Below, piece after piece: positions 29,829 through 39,131 of a DNA stretch of 64,000 bases (positions within the stretch are counted from its first letter, which is position 1; every line of letters begins with the position of its first letter). The position numbers and the translations under genes were made by a program. The stretch is taken from the IMG/VR virus record IMGVR_UViG_3300025154_000086, positions 1,895-65,894 of that record. One strand, given 5' to 3'. Origin of the DNA: a virus (lineage: Duplodnaviria > Caudoviricetes). The notes below the pieces were generated by a model that saw only the letters and a list, made by a program, of their open reading frames with translations, was not told the DNA's origin and did not search any database.

Positions 29829-31612
29829 TGCTGCAATTCCTTATCGATCTCGACATTACTTGCACCTTTGTATTTTTCAATCAACGCTTTATCATCATCC
29901 GTTAATTCTCCATCTCCGTTCTGTTCTCCTTCTGCGCCCGGTTCTGCTCCCGGTTGTCCTGGCATTCCGCCCATTTGTTGCTGCTGCTCTGCCGTTTGCT
30001 TTTGCGCAAAAGATTGCATCTTAAACTGTACTGCCGCTCTTATTATCTCACTATTCACTCCGGGAATGTCAAAAAGATTCGTCTCCTCATCAATCATTAA
30101 AGTGTATTTCTCTTTATCCTCTTCAGCCAAAACATCATTAAAACTTTTAAAAGTCTGTAAGTTCAACTTTGTTATTTCTTGCTTTAACTTCTTATCCTCA
30201 ATCTCAAATCCGGCAAAATCAAGTTCAACCTTCATTTGCGTCAACTGCTGAAAGAGGTTCAATCCGTACTTGTCCGTAACGTTAAGTGAATCCTTTAAGT
30301 GAGTAAGAAAAGTCCTTTCACCCATATCCCTATTTTCGTTTACAACGCCGTCCGCACTCTTCTCCCCTATACTTTGCGGTCTTATTGCGTCACTGTGTGC
30401 GCCTAAACTTACTTCACGCGGATCTGTTCCACTCAACCGGCAAAAAATGGAAAACAAAAGTGTAATCCAAAGATGGTATTCCATTTCGCGACTGTTCCCG
30501 CCTATGCCTACCCACTTACCGTCCCCTTTCTCACTGTTCAAACCCATTATCGGAAATCGGTTCGGTGCGGTTCCGCCCATGTAGGCGCTCATTACCTTTT
30601 TCAATTTCTCTAACTGCAACGCTCCAATGCCGCCGCCTGTAAACAACACAAACCCTTTTGGTAATTTGTTGTTCATAAAATTACTTGCGTTCATCTTCAG
30701 CGCGTTAATAATGTAAGTTAGAATGGTGATCGATTGTTCAACTATCCCGTAACCCCTTTGTGCAAACCTAAAATCACTCCTGGTAAAAAAGTGAAACTTT
30801 CTTACGTTGTAATCCGTTGCCGCTCCTAACCGGCGGTTATTGTAATGCAACACATAATCCGGTTCAACGTTTTCCTCGTCAAGAAAAGCTCGTTTACCCG
30901 TTACCATTTCTTCCCAATTCTCCATGTACGGTGTCATAAAATCATCGCCCAACCTCCAATCCGGGTGTATCCTCGTTTTCTTAAGCACCGGTTTATAAAT
31001 AATAGGGTCTTGTAAGTGTATAGCTATCGGATCGCCCACCCCATCACGCCGTATCTCACAAGTAATGTCATCTAAATCAAACCAATCCTCATAGGCGTTA
31101 CCGATAAATTTTGCAAAATTTGCACCTCTATCGTTTGCCGGGTAAAAGAAGTTCTTAAAAATCTTGTCTTCCCAAAATCTTAACCTTAGCTTTTCATCCT
31201 TTGTCGGTGCGTAATCGGGATCGCTAAAAATTAGTTTTGCGCCTCTTTGTATCCCGTCTGATTTTGGCACTCTTCCGTATTGCGCTAAACCAAGTCTGCG
31301 CTGGTTCTTTATCAACCTTCCCGCTTCCGTACTGCCTGCACGTCTTAGTACACGGTAAGGCACATCACTATTTTCCCAATTGATTATCTTCTGCTGTCCG
31401 CTGTATTCAAAAGTAAACCCCTCAATCTCTTGTAACACTGAATTCATCTCCTCCGCAAGAGGAAGAACAATTCCTCCCGATTTCCCTTGCTCGCTCAAAC
31501 GTTTTTGAAGCGGTTCATCCATCAGCATATCGTCTAACAATTCCTCCGTACTTAGTACATGTTCTTCGGCATCTGTGGGATTTTTTGCGCTTTGATCTAA
31601 AAATACGTTCAT
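29825..31612 (-). CDS. portal protein
   Basis: 595 aa; EIRRD..G.P, GYG.VE, N..PKG, REMEY..W and DPREV motifs. Confidence 0.85.
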   Translation of the reverse strand: MNVFLDQSAKNPTDAEEHVLSTEELLDDMLMDEPLQKRLSEQGKSGGIVLPLAEEMNSVLQEIEGFTFEYSGQQKIINWENSDVPYRVLRRAGSTEAGRLIKNQRRLGLAQYGRVPKSDGIQRGAKLIFSDPDYAPTKDEKLRLRFWEDKIFKNFFYPANDRGANFAKFIGNAYEDWFDLDDITCEIRRDGVGDPIAIHLQDPIIYKPVLKKTRIHPDWRLGDDFMTPYMENWEEMVTGKRAFLDEENVEPDYVLHYNNRRLGAATDYNVRKFHFFTRSDFRFAQRGYGIVEQSITILTYIINALKMNASNFMNNKLPKGFVLFTGGGIGALQLEKLKKVMSAYMGGTAPNRFPIMGLNSEKGDGKWVGIGGNSREMEYHLWITLLFSIFCRLSGTDPREVSLGAHSDAIRPQSIGEKSADGVVNENRDMGERTFLTHLKDSLNVTDKYGLNLFQQLTQMKVELDFAGFEIEDKKLKQEITKLNLQTFKSFNDVLAEEDKEKYTLMIDEETNLFDIPGVNSEIIRAAVQFKMQSFAQKQTAEQQQQMGGMPGQPGAEPGAEGEQNGDGELTDDDKALIEKYKGASNVEIDKELQQ

Positions 31613-31679
31613 TGGTATGAGTTCCTATATATTAACAATTCGATTTACTTATTTATTTATTCTCCGAAGGGTTGAAAAT

Positions 31680-34455
31680 TCAACTTTCCTTCTCCTTCCC
31701 CTTGGCAAGGGGAAGGGTAGGGATGAGGTTGTCTCTCTGTTGAATTTCCTTAATCACAGCCTTTGCCGCTTCAATTCCTTCTTCCTCAAGCCATCCCAAA
31801 TCAAGTGTTACACCATAGTCGTACCAACCTTTACTACCCCATTTTTGCAGTAAATACCAAGCGCGTTTATAGTGGATAAAGAAATCTTCTTCGTTAATAA
31901 TATCTCTTGGTGATTTATACTCGTCACGACAATTATTGTTTTCATCTCTCGAACCTTCGAGAAACACCCGTATCAAAAACATTTTCTCATCTTCTCTCAT
32001 AATTCTTCCTTCTCAGTAATCAATATTTTGTTTTAAAGATTCAATGTACTGTCCATGCACTTGTTCCATCGTTGGAAGCTTTTCTAAAACGAGATATTCA
32101 TCATAAGTGCATTCTTCAATGTCATCCCAAGTATCGCCGTCTTTATCTGTCCACGCTAAATAATAATATGTACTTTCTTCATCGTGTTCAGTTTCGGGAG
32201 GTTCTCCGGGTTCCCAAACGAACTTCCAAAGATTGTATTCGCCGTTGTATCTTGTTAAGAATACGCAAGCGTAATTTGGTTTTTCTTTTTGCCATAACAG
32301 ATTTTCCATATTGTTCTCCTTTGAGATTTAGTTTTAATATAATTCTTCACTTATCAATGTCGGTTTATCATCATGCAACATTCCGCTAAACAACTGCCCT
32401 TCCCGTTTTGCTATTTGGTAAGCTTCCTTACGATTAACAAAAATATCCGTAGAAGTTAAAAACCCCTGAACATGATCAACCGCGTTCCATTTCTCTCCGC
32501 TTAACATAAACACGGTAAAATAGCAGTTATGATGCCGTCTTCCTGTAACCACAATCCCGGTCTCAATATTCTTTGGTTGATGTTCATACTTTTTCCCATC
32601 CTTAAAATGTATAGCCGCGCAAATAATAAATTCTCTCATTTACTCAAGCCCTAATTCTTTCAAGTTTACAAACGATCCACCCCGCGCAAATTCATCTGCT
32701 ATCTGTTGCTGCTTCCACCCCGCATAATCCTCTTCACAAAAGCTGCGAAACTCCACCATTTCTTCAATATCAACCTCTATCTTGTACATCTCCAAAAAGA
32801 AGCGGATATAATTTCTCTCATGTGGCGGTAATTTGTTTTCTTGCAGATGCTTCTTTATCACAAAGAATTTTGCTACGGTTTCATCCGTTAATTCTTCTTT
32901 CCCTTCTTCCAAGACATTTAATTCTTCTCCGTTTACTTTCATTACTTCATCCTTTCAATTGCAAATTATTCCTATTACAATAGGGATAATTTTCATCAGC
33001 CATAACTTTGTTGATGTTAAATGATAATTATTACAATATGGGCATCGATAAATTCTTCTGTTAAACTTTTCAGCATCCCGTAAAGCCGACTTGAAATATT
33101 TATAAGCCCTTTTCTTCGTACACATCCTCTTTTTTACTCTTCCTTTTCCCATTCCCGCACCAAAATCTTTTCATAACCTTCAGGATGCTTTCCCAAATAT
33201 TTCTCCGCTTGCTTCTCTGTAAACGTTCTTCCATACCTCGCTTGCGTTGTATGCCCTAACGATGCTACATAAAACCCGTTCCTTGCATCCCGCAACAAAT
33301 AAATTATTTCTTCTTTTTTTTTCTTTTTCATTGTTCACTTTCATTTTTCTTATTTATTGTTACTATCCCCATTAAACTTTTGGTCTGTGGATCATATTTC
33401 AATTCTGTTTCGCCAATAATTTTGTCACCATCAACAGACCTCAATGGAATTTTTCGTCCATCTGCTTTTCTTAATGATTCCTCGGTATACATCCTACCGT
33501 TTTTATCAACTTGATTAGCTTCATTACAAACAACATGTGCGTAAATAACTTTTTTCGGGTGTCTATAAACCTTATCCTCAAAGTCATTCAATTTATTACA
33601 CACATCTACCACTTCATCTGAGTTTAATGCTCTAAAAGTATGGTTTTCCAATACTCCAACAACCCATTGGTCTTTTCCTATTAAAACTGCGTTGTACATT
33701 TCATTTTTCACTTTCATTTAAGATGATATAATCATAATCGTATTTATATTTTATCCCCGCTTTCTTGAACATTTGCTCTAAATCAATAGGGCATAAACAA
33801 TACTCATCCTTCACCTCACTATTCTCATAACCGTTACAAAGAATTAACGGCACGTCCGGGAATTCTTTTTTCAACTCCCCCACCGTTCCGATTACTTCAT
33901 CCTCCTTATAAACTATTACACACATCTTACTTTCCTTTCAACTTTATACTTTATACTTGCTACTTTCAACTAAAGAGTTTCTTCTTTCCACTTCTTCAGC
34001 GCCGATACTTCCCGCGTTAAGCCCTCAATCTTCTTTACCAACTCACCTTCGTTTATGTTCCTTGGCATGGTAGATTTTAAGTAACTCAACTGCGTTATTA
34101 CCGATTTCTGTATCTCAATTATGTTTTGGTTCAACCGGTGAACAAAACTGTAAATCCTTGTGTAAACCGCTATCTCTCCCCCCATTACCTCCTTAAACAA
34201 AGTCGCGCTTATCTGATCCTTTTTTGCCTTGTTCGCTTCCTTGTCTCCGTAATCTCCCTTACTGTAATTCAGCAGATATTCCGCGTCCGCCTCCATCTTC
34301 GGCAAACGGGCAAGGTAAGTAACCAACACACTAAGATAAGTGCTCATAGCGTCTCCGTTCTCGTTATCATATCCACTCGCCAAACCCTCAGCTATGTCTA
34401 TGGCTTCCTCTAAAATCTTTTCCGCGTCTATGCTTTTTAATTTCTCTTTTCCCAT
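31680..34455 (-). other. cluster of about 9 small hypothetical phage ORFs
   Basis: tandem coupled ORFs 31680-32000, 32013-32309, 32334-32639, 32640-32942, 32955-33152, 33134-33331, 33328-33717, 33701-33925, 33970-34455. Confidence 0.65.
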
Positions 34456-34706
34456 TTGTTCATCACTATTTTTCTGATTGTTTCAAAAGTTAAATATTTA
34501 TATTCCTCGCGCTGTATTTTGTCTATGCGCTCGGAGGATGACATTTTCTCCGTACCGTTTTTCAATTCTTCGTACCGTTTCTTTATTATTACGTCCCTTA
34601 CCCTTAACGGATTTAACAACCCATCTTTCATCAATAGTTCGTACTGCTCATCCGTTATTATCTCACCCAACGGATTTGTTACTTTGCTCATCACTTTGCT
34701 CATCAC
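34437..34706 (-). CDS. small HTH-like protein
   Basis: ends LTFETIRKIV. Confidence 0.45.
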   Translation of the reverse strand: MMSKVMSKVTNPLGEIITDEQYELLMKDGLLNPLRVRDVIIKKRYEELKNGTEKMSSSERIDKIQREEYKYLTFETIRKIVMNKWEKRN

Positions 34707-35016
34707 TTAGCTCCTTTTTTAGTTGATTAATTTGTTTCTTCAGTTTAACCACGTACATTATTAAATTTCTTATCGCTCCCGGTATCTGCTCAATCAGCCA
34801 ATCACGGTTCGTTTGGTTTTTATTGTGCTCTTCCGGTCTTACCGCTACACCTAATAAATCCGTGCTCTTCATCCCTACCGTACTCGTAAATACATGATGG
34901 AATTCGCTTCCGGGTATTTGCTCTCTCACCAAATCCTTAAACTCCTCATCCCGCTGCGGATTCTGTAACGCTACATTCTTTATCCGCAAAAACAATATGT
35001 CGCCGTCACTTTTCAA
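34663..35016 (-). CDS. His-Me finger-like protein
   Basis: HHV....G.K.TD....V...H pattern. Confidence 0.4.
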   Translation of the reverse strand: MKSDGDILFLRIKNVALQNPQRDEEFKDLVREQIPGSEFHHVFTSTVGMKSTDLLGVAVRPEEHNKNQTNRDWLIEQIPGAIRNLIMYVVKLKKQINQLKKELSDEQSDEQSNKSVG

Positions 35017-35455
35017 TTAGCCTCCTAATATCATCGGCTATTCTGTACTCATAATTCTTTTCCTTCGTAACGTCCACCGTAAACCGTAATAACGTCCACC
35101 CTTCCATTGCTGCAAGAGTATATTTCTTACAATCGTTCGCATAACCTTTCCCTCGCGTATGTCTGCCGTTCGTGTACGTGCCTCCCTCATACTCAATTGC
35201 AATGTGATGAGCTGGTAATGCTGCATCAAACCGGAAACGGCGGTCTCTCAAAAACTTATATTCCCTTGTTGCTTTAAACCCAAGTGCGCTCAAAGCCGAA
35301 ACAATTTTCCCTATAACATCTTCCCCTTTCTTTTTCTTAATCATAATCTTATTCTTAATCGTACTCTCTTCACTTGTCACTTGCATCTTTCCACTTGCAA
35401 CTTTCCTTTCCACTTGCCTCACCGCCGCCTCCGTCCAGCCCGTAAATCTTCCCAT
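35006..35455 (-). CDS. DUF559/Vsr-like PD-(D/E)XK endonuclease
   Basis: EYKF..RRFRFD..IAIEYEGG..H..D..KY..GW.LLRF. Confidence 0.75.
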   Translation of the reverse strand: MGRFTGWTEAAVRQVERKVASGKMQVTSEESTIKNKIMIKKKKGEDVIGKIVSALSALGFKATREYKFLRDRRFRFDAALPAHHIAIEYEGGTYTNGRHTRGKGYANDCKKYTLAAMEGWTLLRFTVDVTKEKNYEYRIADDIRRLIEK

Positions 35456-37236
35456 TACGCTGCCTCCTCTTCTTGCTGATCGAAAAGGTTTTGCATAAAC
35501 GGCGCTAATCTTTTCTCCGCAATCTTTATGTAATCTTCGTTTAACTCTATCCCGATAAAATTTCTTCCACCCCTCAATGCAACCAAGCCCGTTGTTCCGG
35601 CACCAAAGAAAGGATCAAGCACTATCGCCGGTTTTACTTTCTCTGTTTTACACTTGCAAGTTTTCTTCCATCCGATTGTTTTGGTTTTTCTTAACTGTCC
35701 GTGCTCGTGAACGTAATTTATGTACGCTTTTTGCGATTGAATATCGCCCGGATATAGCGCTTCCGCTTCCACTCTGCTCTCATCTCTTTCCACTACTATG
35801 GTTTGTTCTCTCATAAATGCGTTAAGCTGCTGCCCGTGAGATTCATCAGCGTACTTTGTGTTATACATCCGTTCCCCTTGCCGGAAGGTTGGCAACCTTC
35901 CGGCAGTCGAATTTTCCGTGTCATATTTTGTTGCGCTTTCGGCTCGTTGCACATTTCCGCTATTAGGCTGTACCTCCGGCATATTGCTAAATTTGCTCAC
36001 TCTCGTTTTATATTGTTTCTCAGCGTTTTCCCCCTCGCTCTGCCTTCGGCTTTCTTTCTCCAATATCCTTTCATAAGGCTTTCCGCACTCCGCACAAACT
36101 CCATGCTCACTCGTTCCGGCAAGTATGCAAGGTTCAACCAACTTTTGAGGAAATGTAGCAAAATGCGCCTCTGCAAACGGCGTTGTGGTTACTTCCCAAA
36201 CCGAACGTTTATTACGCCCCGAAGGATCACCAACTCCTCGTTTTTGCCCGATATTGGTGTTCATGTTGGCTTTGTATAACGGGTCGTCGGAGTTAAGCGT
36301 CTTTCCTCCAATTCTGTCTTTCTGCTCAGACATCTTTTTCAAATCGCTTAATCCACTCTCCGGTTCTTCCCTTATCGCTTCAGCATCGTAATAATACTTT
36401 TGGCTTTTCGTTAGTAAGAAAAGATACTCATGCGCTTTGGTCGGTCTGTCTGTTACGCTCTCGGGCATCGGATTCTTTTTGCTCCAAATTATATCGCTCC
36501 TCAACCACCAGCCGTCTTGCTGTAAAGCTAATGCAACTCTCCACGGTATGCCTATCAAATCTTTTGGTTTTAGGATGGTGTGTTTCTTTGCGGTGTGCCC
36601 TTTGGTTGTACCGTAACTGTCGGTTTTGCGTCCAAAGTTTTCAGTTTCCTCTGTGTGCCCGTTTGCGTTCCCGCTTCCCCAATAACTATCGCCAAGGTTA
36701 AGCCATGCCGTTCCGTCCTTCCGCAATACTCTTTTTATTTCACGAAAGATTTGTACAACATGTTCTATGTAAAGCTCCGGCGTTGGCTCAAGTCCAAGTT
36801 CCCCTTTCCATGCGCCGCACTTAATGCAAAAACCACTCGTGACAATCAGCTCTGTAATATGTCCTTCGGTAAGCTTTTTACTTTTTGAACTCCCCCTATA
36901 TAAATATCTATCTTGGTCAATCCATTCGTGTTCGGCACAACTAACACCTTTTGCCCAATTCTCTTTTGCTTTTTGCCCGGGTGTATCTCTTAACGTGCTT
37001 TTGCTGCTGCATCCTCCTAAATTATGCTTCTTTTCCCCTTCATAAAATTCATGTTCGCCGCATGCAGTGTACCCTTCCGGTTTCCATATCTGCGGCTCTG
37101 TCCCGTAATTTCTAACTCCATAATAAGGCGGCGAAGTTATCATGCAGTGTACCCTTCCGGTTTCCATATCTTTCAGCCTTTCGAGTACATTCCCTTGTAA
37201 TATTATATTTCTCAATACTTGCATCCTTTGGGACAA
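35455..37236 (-). CDS. beta-class N4C/N6A DNA methyltransferase with insertions
   Basis: TSPPY, RVLRKDG, HFATFP, LDPFFGAGTT and GIELN motifs. Confidence 0.88.
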   Translation of the reverse strand: MSQRMQVLRNIILQGNVLERLKDMETGRVHCMITSPPYYGVRNYGTEPQIWKPEGYTACGEHEFYEGEKKHNLGGCSSKSTLRDTPGQKAKENWAKGVSCAEHEWIDQDRYLYRGSSKSKKLTEGHITELIVTSGFCIKCGAWKGELGLEPTPELYIEHVVQIFREIKRVLRKDGTAWLNLGDSYWGSGNANGHTEETENFGRKTDSYGTTKGHTAKKHTILKPKDLIGIPWRVALALQQDGWWLRSDIIWSKKNPMPESVTDRPTKAHEYLFLLTKSQKYYYDAEAIREEPESGLSDLKKMSEQKDRIGGKTLNSDDPLYKANMNTNIGQKRGVGDPSGRNKRSVWEVTTTPFAEAHFATFPQKLVEPCILAGTSEHGVCAECGKPYERILEKESRRQSEGENAEKQYKTRVSKFSNMPEVQPNSGNVQRAESATKYDTENSTAGRLPTFRQGERMYNTKYADESHGQQLNAFMREQTIVVERDESRVEAEALYPGDIQSQKAYINYVHEHGQLRKTKTIGWKKTCKCKTEKVKPAIVLDPFFGAGTTGLVALRGGRNFIGIELNEDYIKIAEKRLAPFMQNLFDQQEEEAA

Positions 37237-37372
37237 ATAGCTTTGCCGCTTTGCGTATAATTAACAACTGTAAAACACTTAGGACAAAAGCCAAACAAAT
37301 GGCAAACCTTTGTGTAGTAGTATTTAATTTTATATTTCAGTTTCAAACTTAACATATATTTTATTTTGTGTA

Positions 37373-38791
37373 TTAACATTTATAATTTTCTTCTATACTT
37401 TTTATCACTTTATAAATTATTTGCGCTATCTTCGGCACAATAGCGTTACCTAATCCTTTAAGTCTGTCCACCCGATGGGATACCCCATCATCCACTCTAC
37501 AAAAGCGGGTTGCAACTTCATACCAGGATTCTTCCCAATCGCTGTTAAATCCTTTTGGTTCTGAGATTGATAAAATTTTCCCGCCGTTTCCTCGTTGTCG
37601 TGCGGGCGTGGGGTTGTGGGAGTTGGTAGAAGTGCATCCTTGTATTTCGGTCTCTTCGAACTGTGGTATTTCGCTTGCACAAAATCTTCCATTGTTACCA
37701 TACCGCTTGTTATGGTTGGAATCAATGCTATCGTTGTATTCAGTTCCGACTTCATCGAAAATCTTTTCGTGTCCGGATTCGTGTCCGCACCCTTGTAATC
37801 CCTTGCTTGCGGTGTGGGAAGCATCTTTATCGCTAAACTTAACGGCGGCGTTGATACTTTCCCTTCCTTCTGTCTCTTCGTCCAACGTTCCTCGTTTTCG
37901 TCCGTCATTTTCCCTGCTCTTGGCGTTGGTAATAAAAATTCCTCTATTACTTTCGCAAGTGTCGGGTTCCCCGCTGCAAAAGTTGTCGCTTGATCCGGTC
38001 TTCCCGCCTTCGGAGTTGACAACATCTTTGTCGGAAAACCTTGCATCATCTCTTGCGCTAAACTTCCCGAATCCCCGCTCTTTGGGTTCTTCTTTCCGCT
38101 CTTTGGGTTCTTCTTTCCGCTCTTTGCCACCGCATCGAAACTGCTCGGCGTTTTTAACATCATTTTGCCAAAATGGTTTATTTGATTCCTCAATTTGTAG
38201 TGTGCGTTCGCTCCCGGTCGTATCTCCATTATCCCCCCTTCCGTTTCCACCGTTGAAGGAGTTTTTAGCATAAGCGATAATCCAAACTCTGTTTCTTTTA
38301 TGCGGGGCATTAACGGCTGAAGCTGGAATAATAAACGATTGTACCGAGTAACCTTCACCTTCCAATTGTGTACAAATCTCCTCGAAATATTCTCCGTCAT
38401 GGATACTAAGGATTCCACCAACATTCTCCGCAACAATCCACTTTGGTCTTGTTTCTCTAATAACTCTAAGCATCTGGGGGAATAAGGCTCTGTCATCTTC
38501 ACTGCCTTTTCTTTTCCCGGCGATGCTGAAAGGCTGGCAAGGGAATCCGCCCGTAAGAATAAATTCAATTGTTCCGTTGTATTTGCCATATCTTCTCTCA
38601 ATTTCCTTTAAGATAATTTCTTTTGTTAATGTTTTTATGTCGCCGTTTATTAACACTTCGGGAAAGTTTTTTGCTAAAACCTTTTGGCAGTATTTATCAA
38701 TTTCGCAAAAGAGAAGCGTTTCTATCCCTTCTCTTTCAGCCGCTAAACTAAATCCGCCGATGCCGGAAAACAAATCAATTAAAACAAGCAT
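37373..38791 (-). CDS. dcm: C5-cytosine DNA methyltransferase, large subunit
   Basis: LFSGIGG, GGFPCQPFS, ENV, H.R.R, and C-terminal RLKGLGNAIVP. Confidence 0.88.
   Translation of the reverse strand: MLVLIDLFSGIGGFSLAAEREGIETLLFCEIDKYCQKVLAKNFPEVLINGDIKTLTKEIILKEIERRYGKYNGTIEFILTGGFPCQPFSIAGKRKGSEDDRALFPQMLRVIRETRPKWIVAENVGGILSIHDGEYFEEICTQLEGEGYSVQSFIIPASAVNAPHKRNRVWIIAYAKNSFNGGNGRGDNGDTTGSERTLQIEESNKPFWQNDVKNAEQFRCGGKERKEEPKERKEEPKERGFGKFSARDDARFSDKDVVNSEGGKTGSSDNFCSGEPDTCESNRGIFITNAKSRENDGRKRGTLDEETEGRESINAAVKFSDKDASHTASKGLQGCGHESGHEKIFDEVGTEYNDSIDSNHNKRYGNNGRFCASEIPQFEETEIQGCTSTNSHNPTPARQRGNGGKILSISEPKGFNSDWEESWYEVATRFCRVDDGVSHRVDRLKGLGNAIVPKIAQIIYKVIKSIEENYKC
37450..38601 (-). CDS. nested out-of-frame ORF, probable MTase small subunit (TRD-like units plus motif IX)
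   Basis: 383 aa open frame inside dcm; repeated LPTP units; ends LQPAFVEWMMGYPIGWTD. Confidence 0.75.
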   Translation of the reverse strand: MREDMANTTEQLNLFLRADSLASLSASPGKEKAVKMTEPYSPRCLELLEKQDQSGLLRRMLVESLVSMTENISRRFVHNWKVKVTRYNRLLFQLQPLMPRIKETEFGLSLMLKTPSTVETEGGIMEIRPGANAHYKLRNQINHFGKMMLKTPSSFDAVAKSGKKNPKSGKKNPKSGDSGSLAQEMMQGFPTKMLSTPKAGRPDQATTFAAGNPTLAKVIEEFLLPTPRAGKMTDENEERWTKRQKEGKVSTPPLSLAIKMLPTPQARDYKGADTNPDTKRFSMKSELNTTIALIPTITSGMVTMEDFVQAKYHSSKRPKYKDALLPTPTTPRPHDNEETAGKFYQSQNQKDLTAIGKNPGMKLQPAFVEWMMGYPIGWTDLKD

Positions 38792-38792
38792 A

Positions 38793-39131
38793 TTAACTCG
38801 CCCATCCATACGCCAACGCAACTATGTCATGCCGTAAGGGGATTTCATACTTCTTCTCAAAATCAGATTTCTTTCTCCACCCTCTTTTTGCATTATCCTT
38901 TTTATGCTGCGCTTCATCATTTTCCCTAAAACACTTTTTACAGATAAATCCCTTCCTATCAATTCCCCCTCCGCATTGTTTACAGTTCTTCACCTTCAAC
39001 AATCGGTGAGCGCACCCGCATTCACAACAGCAATGTGTTACCGCTTTGTTTGGAGAAGTTACCTCGTTATTACACGGCGGATATTCACAAATCCGCTTCT
39101 CTCTCATCTTAATTTGTCCGTTAATAATCAT
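38793..39131 (-). CDS. Cys-rich zinc-finger protein
   Basis: multiple CxxC motifs. Confidence 0.55.
   Translation of the reverse strand: MIINGQIKMREKRICEYPPCNNEVTSPNKAVTHCCCECGCAHRLLKVKNCKQCGGGIDRKGFICKKCFRENDEAQHKKDNAKRGWRKKSDFEKKYEIPLRHDIVALAYGWAS

Noticed and set aside
37061-37171. DGR template/variable repeat pair
   Set aside because: Copies are identical and short, with no adenine-specific differences and no reverse transcriptase.
35455-38791. Inteins or introns explaining the MTase insertions
   Set aside because: No C...HN splice junctions or LAGLIDADG motifs; the dcm insert is explained by the nested ORF.
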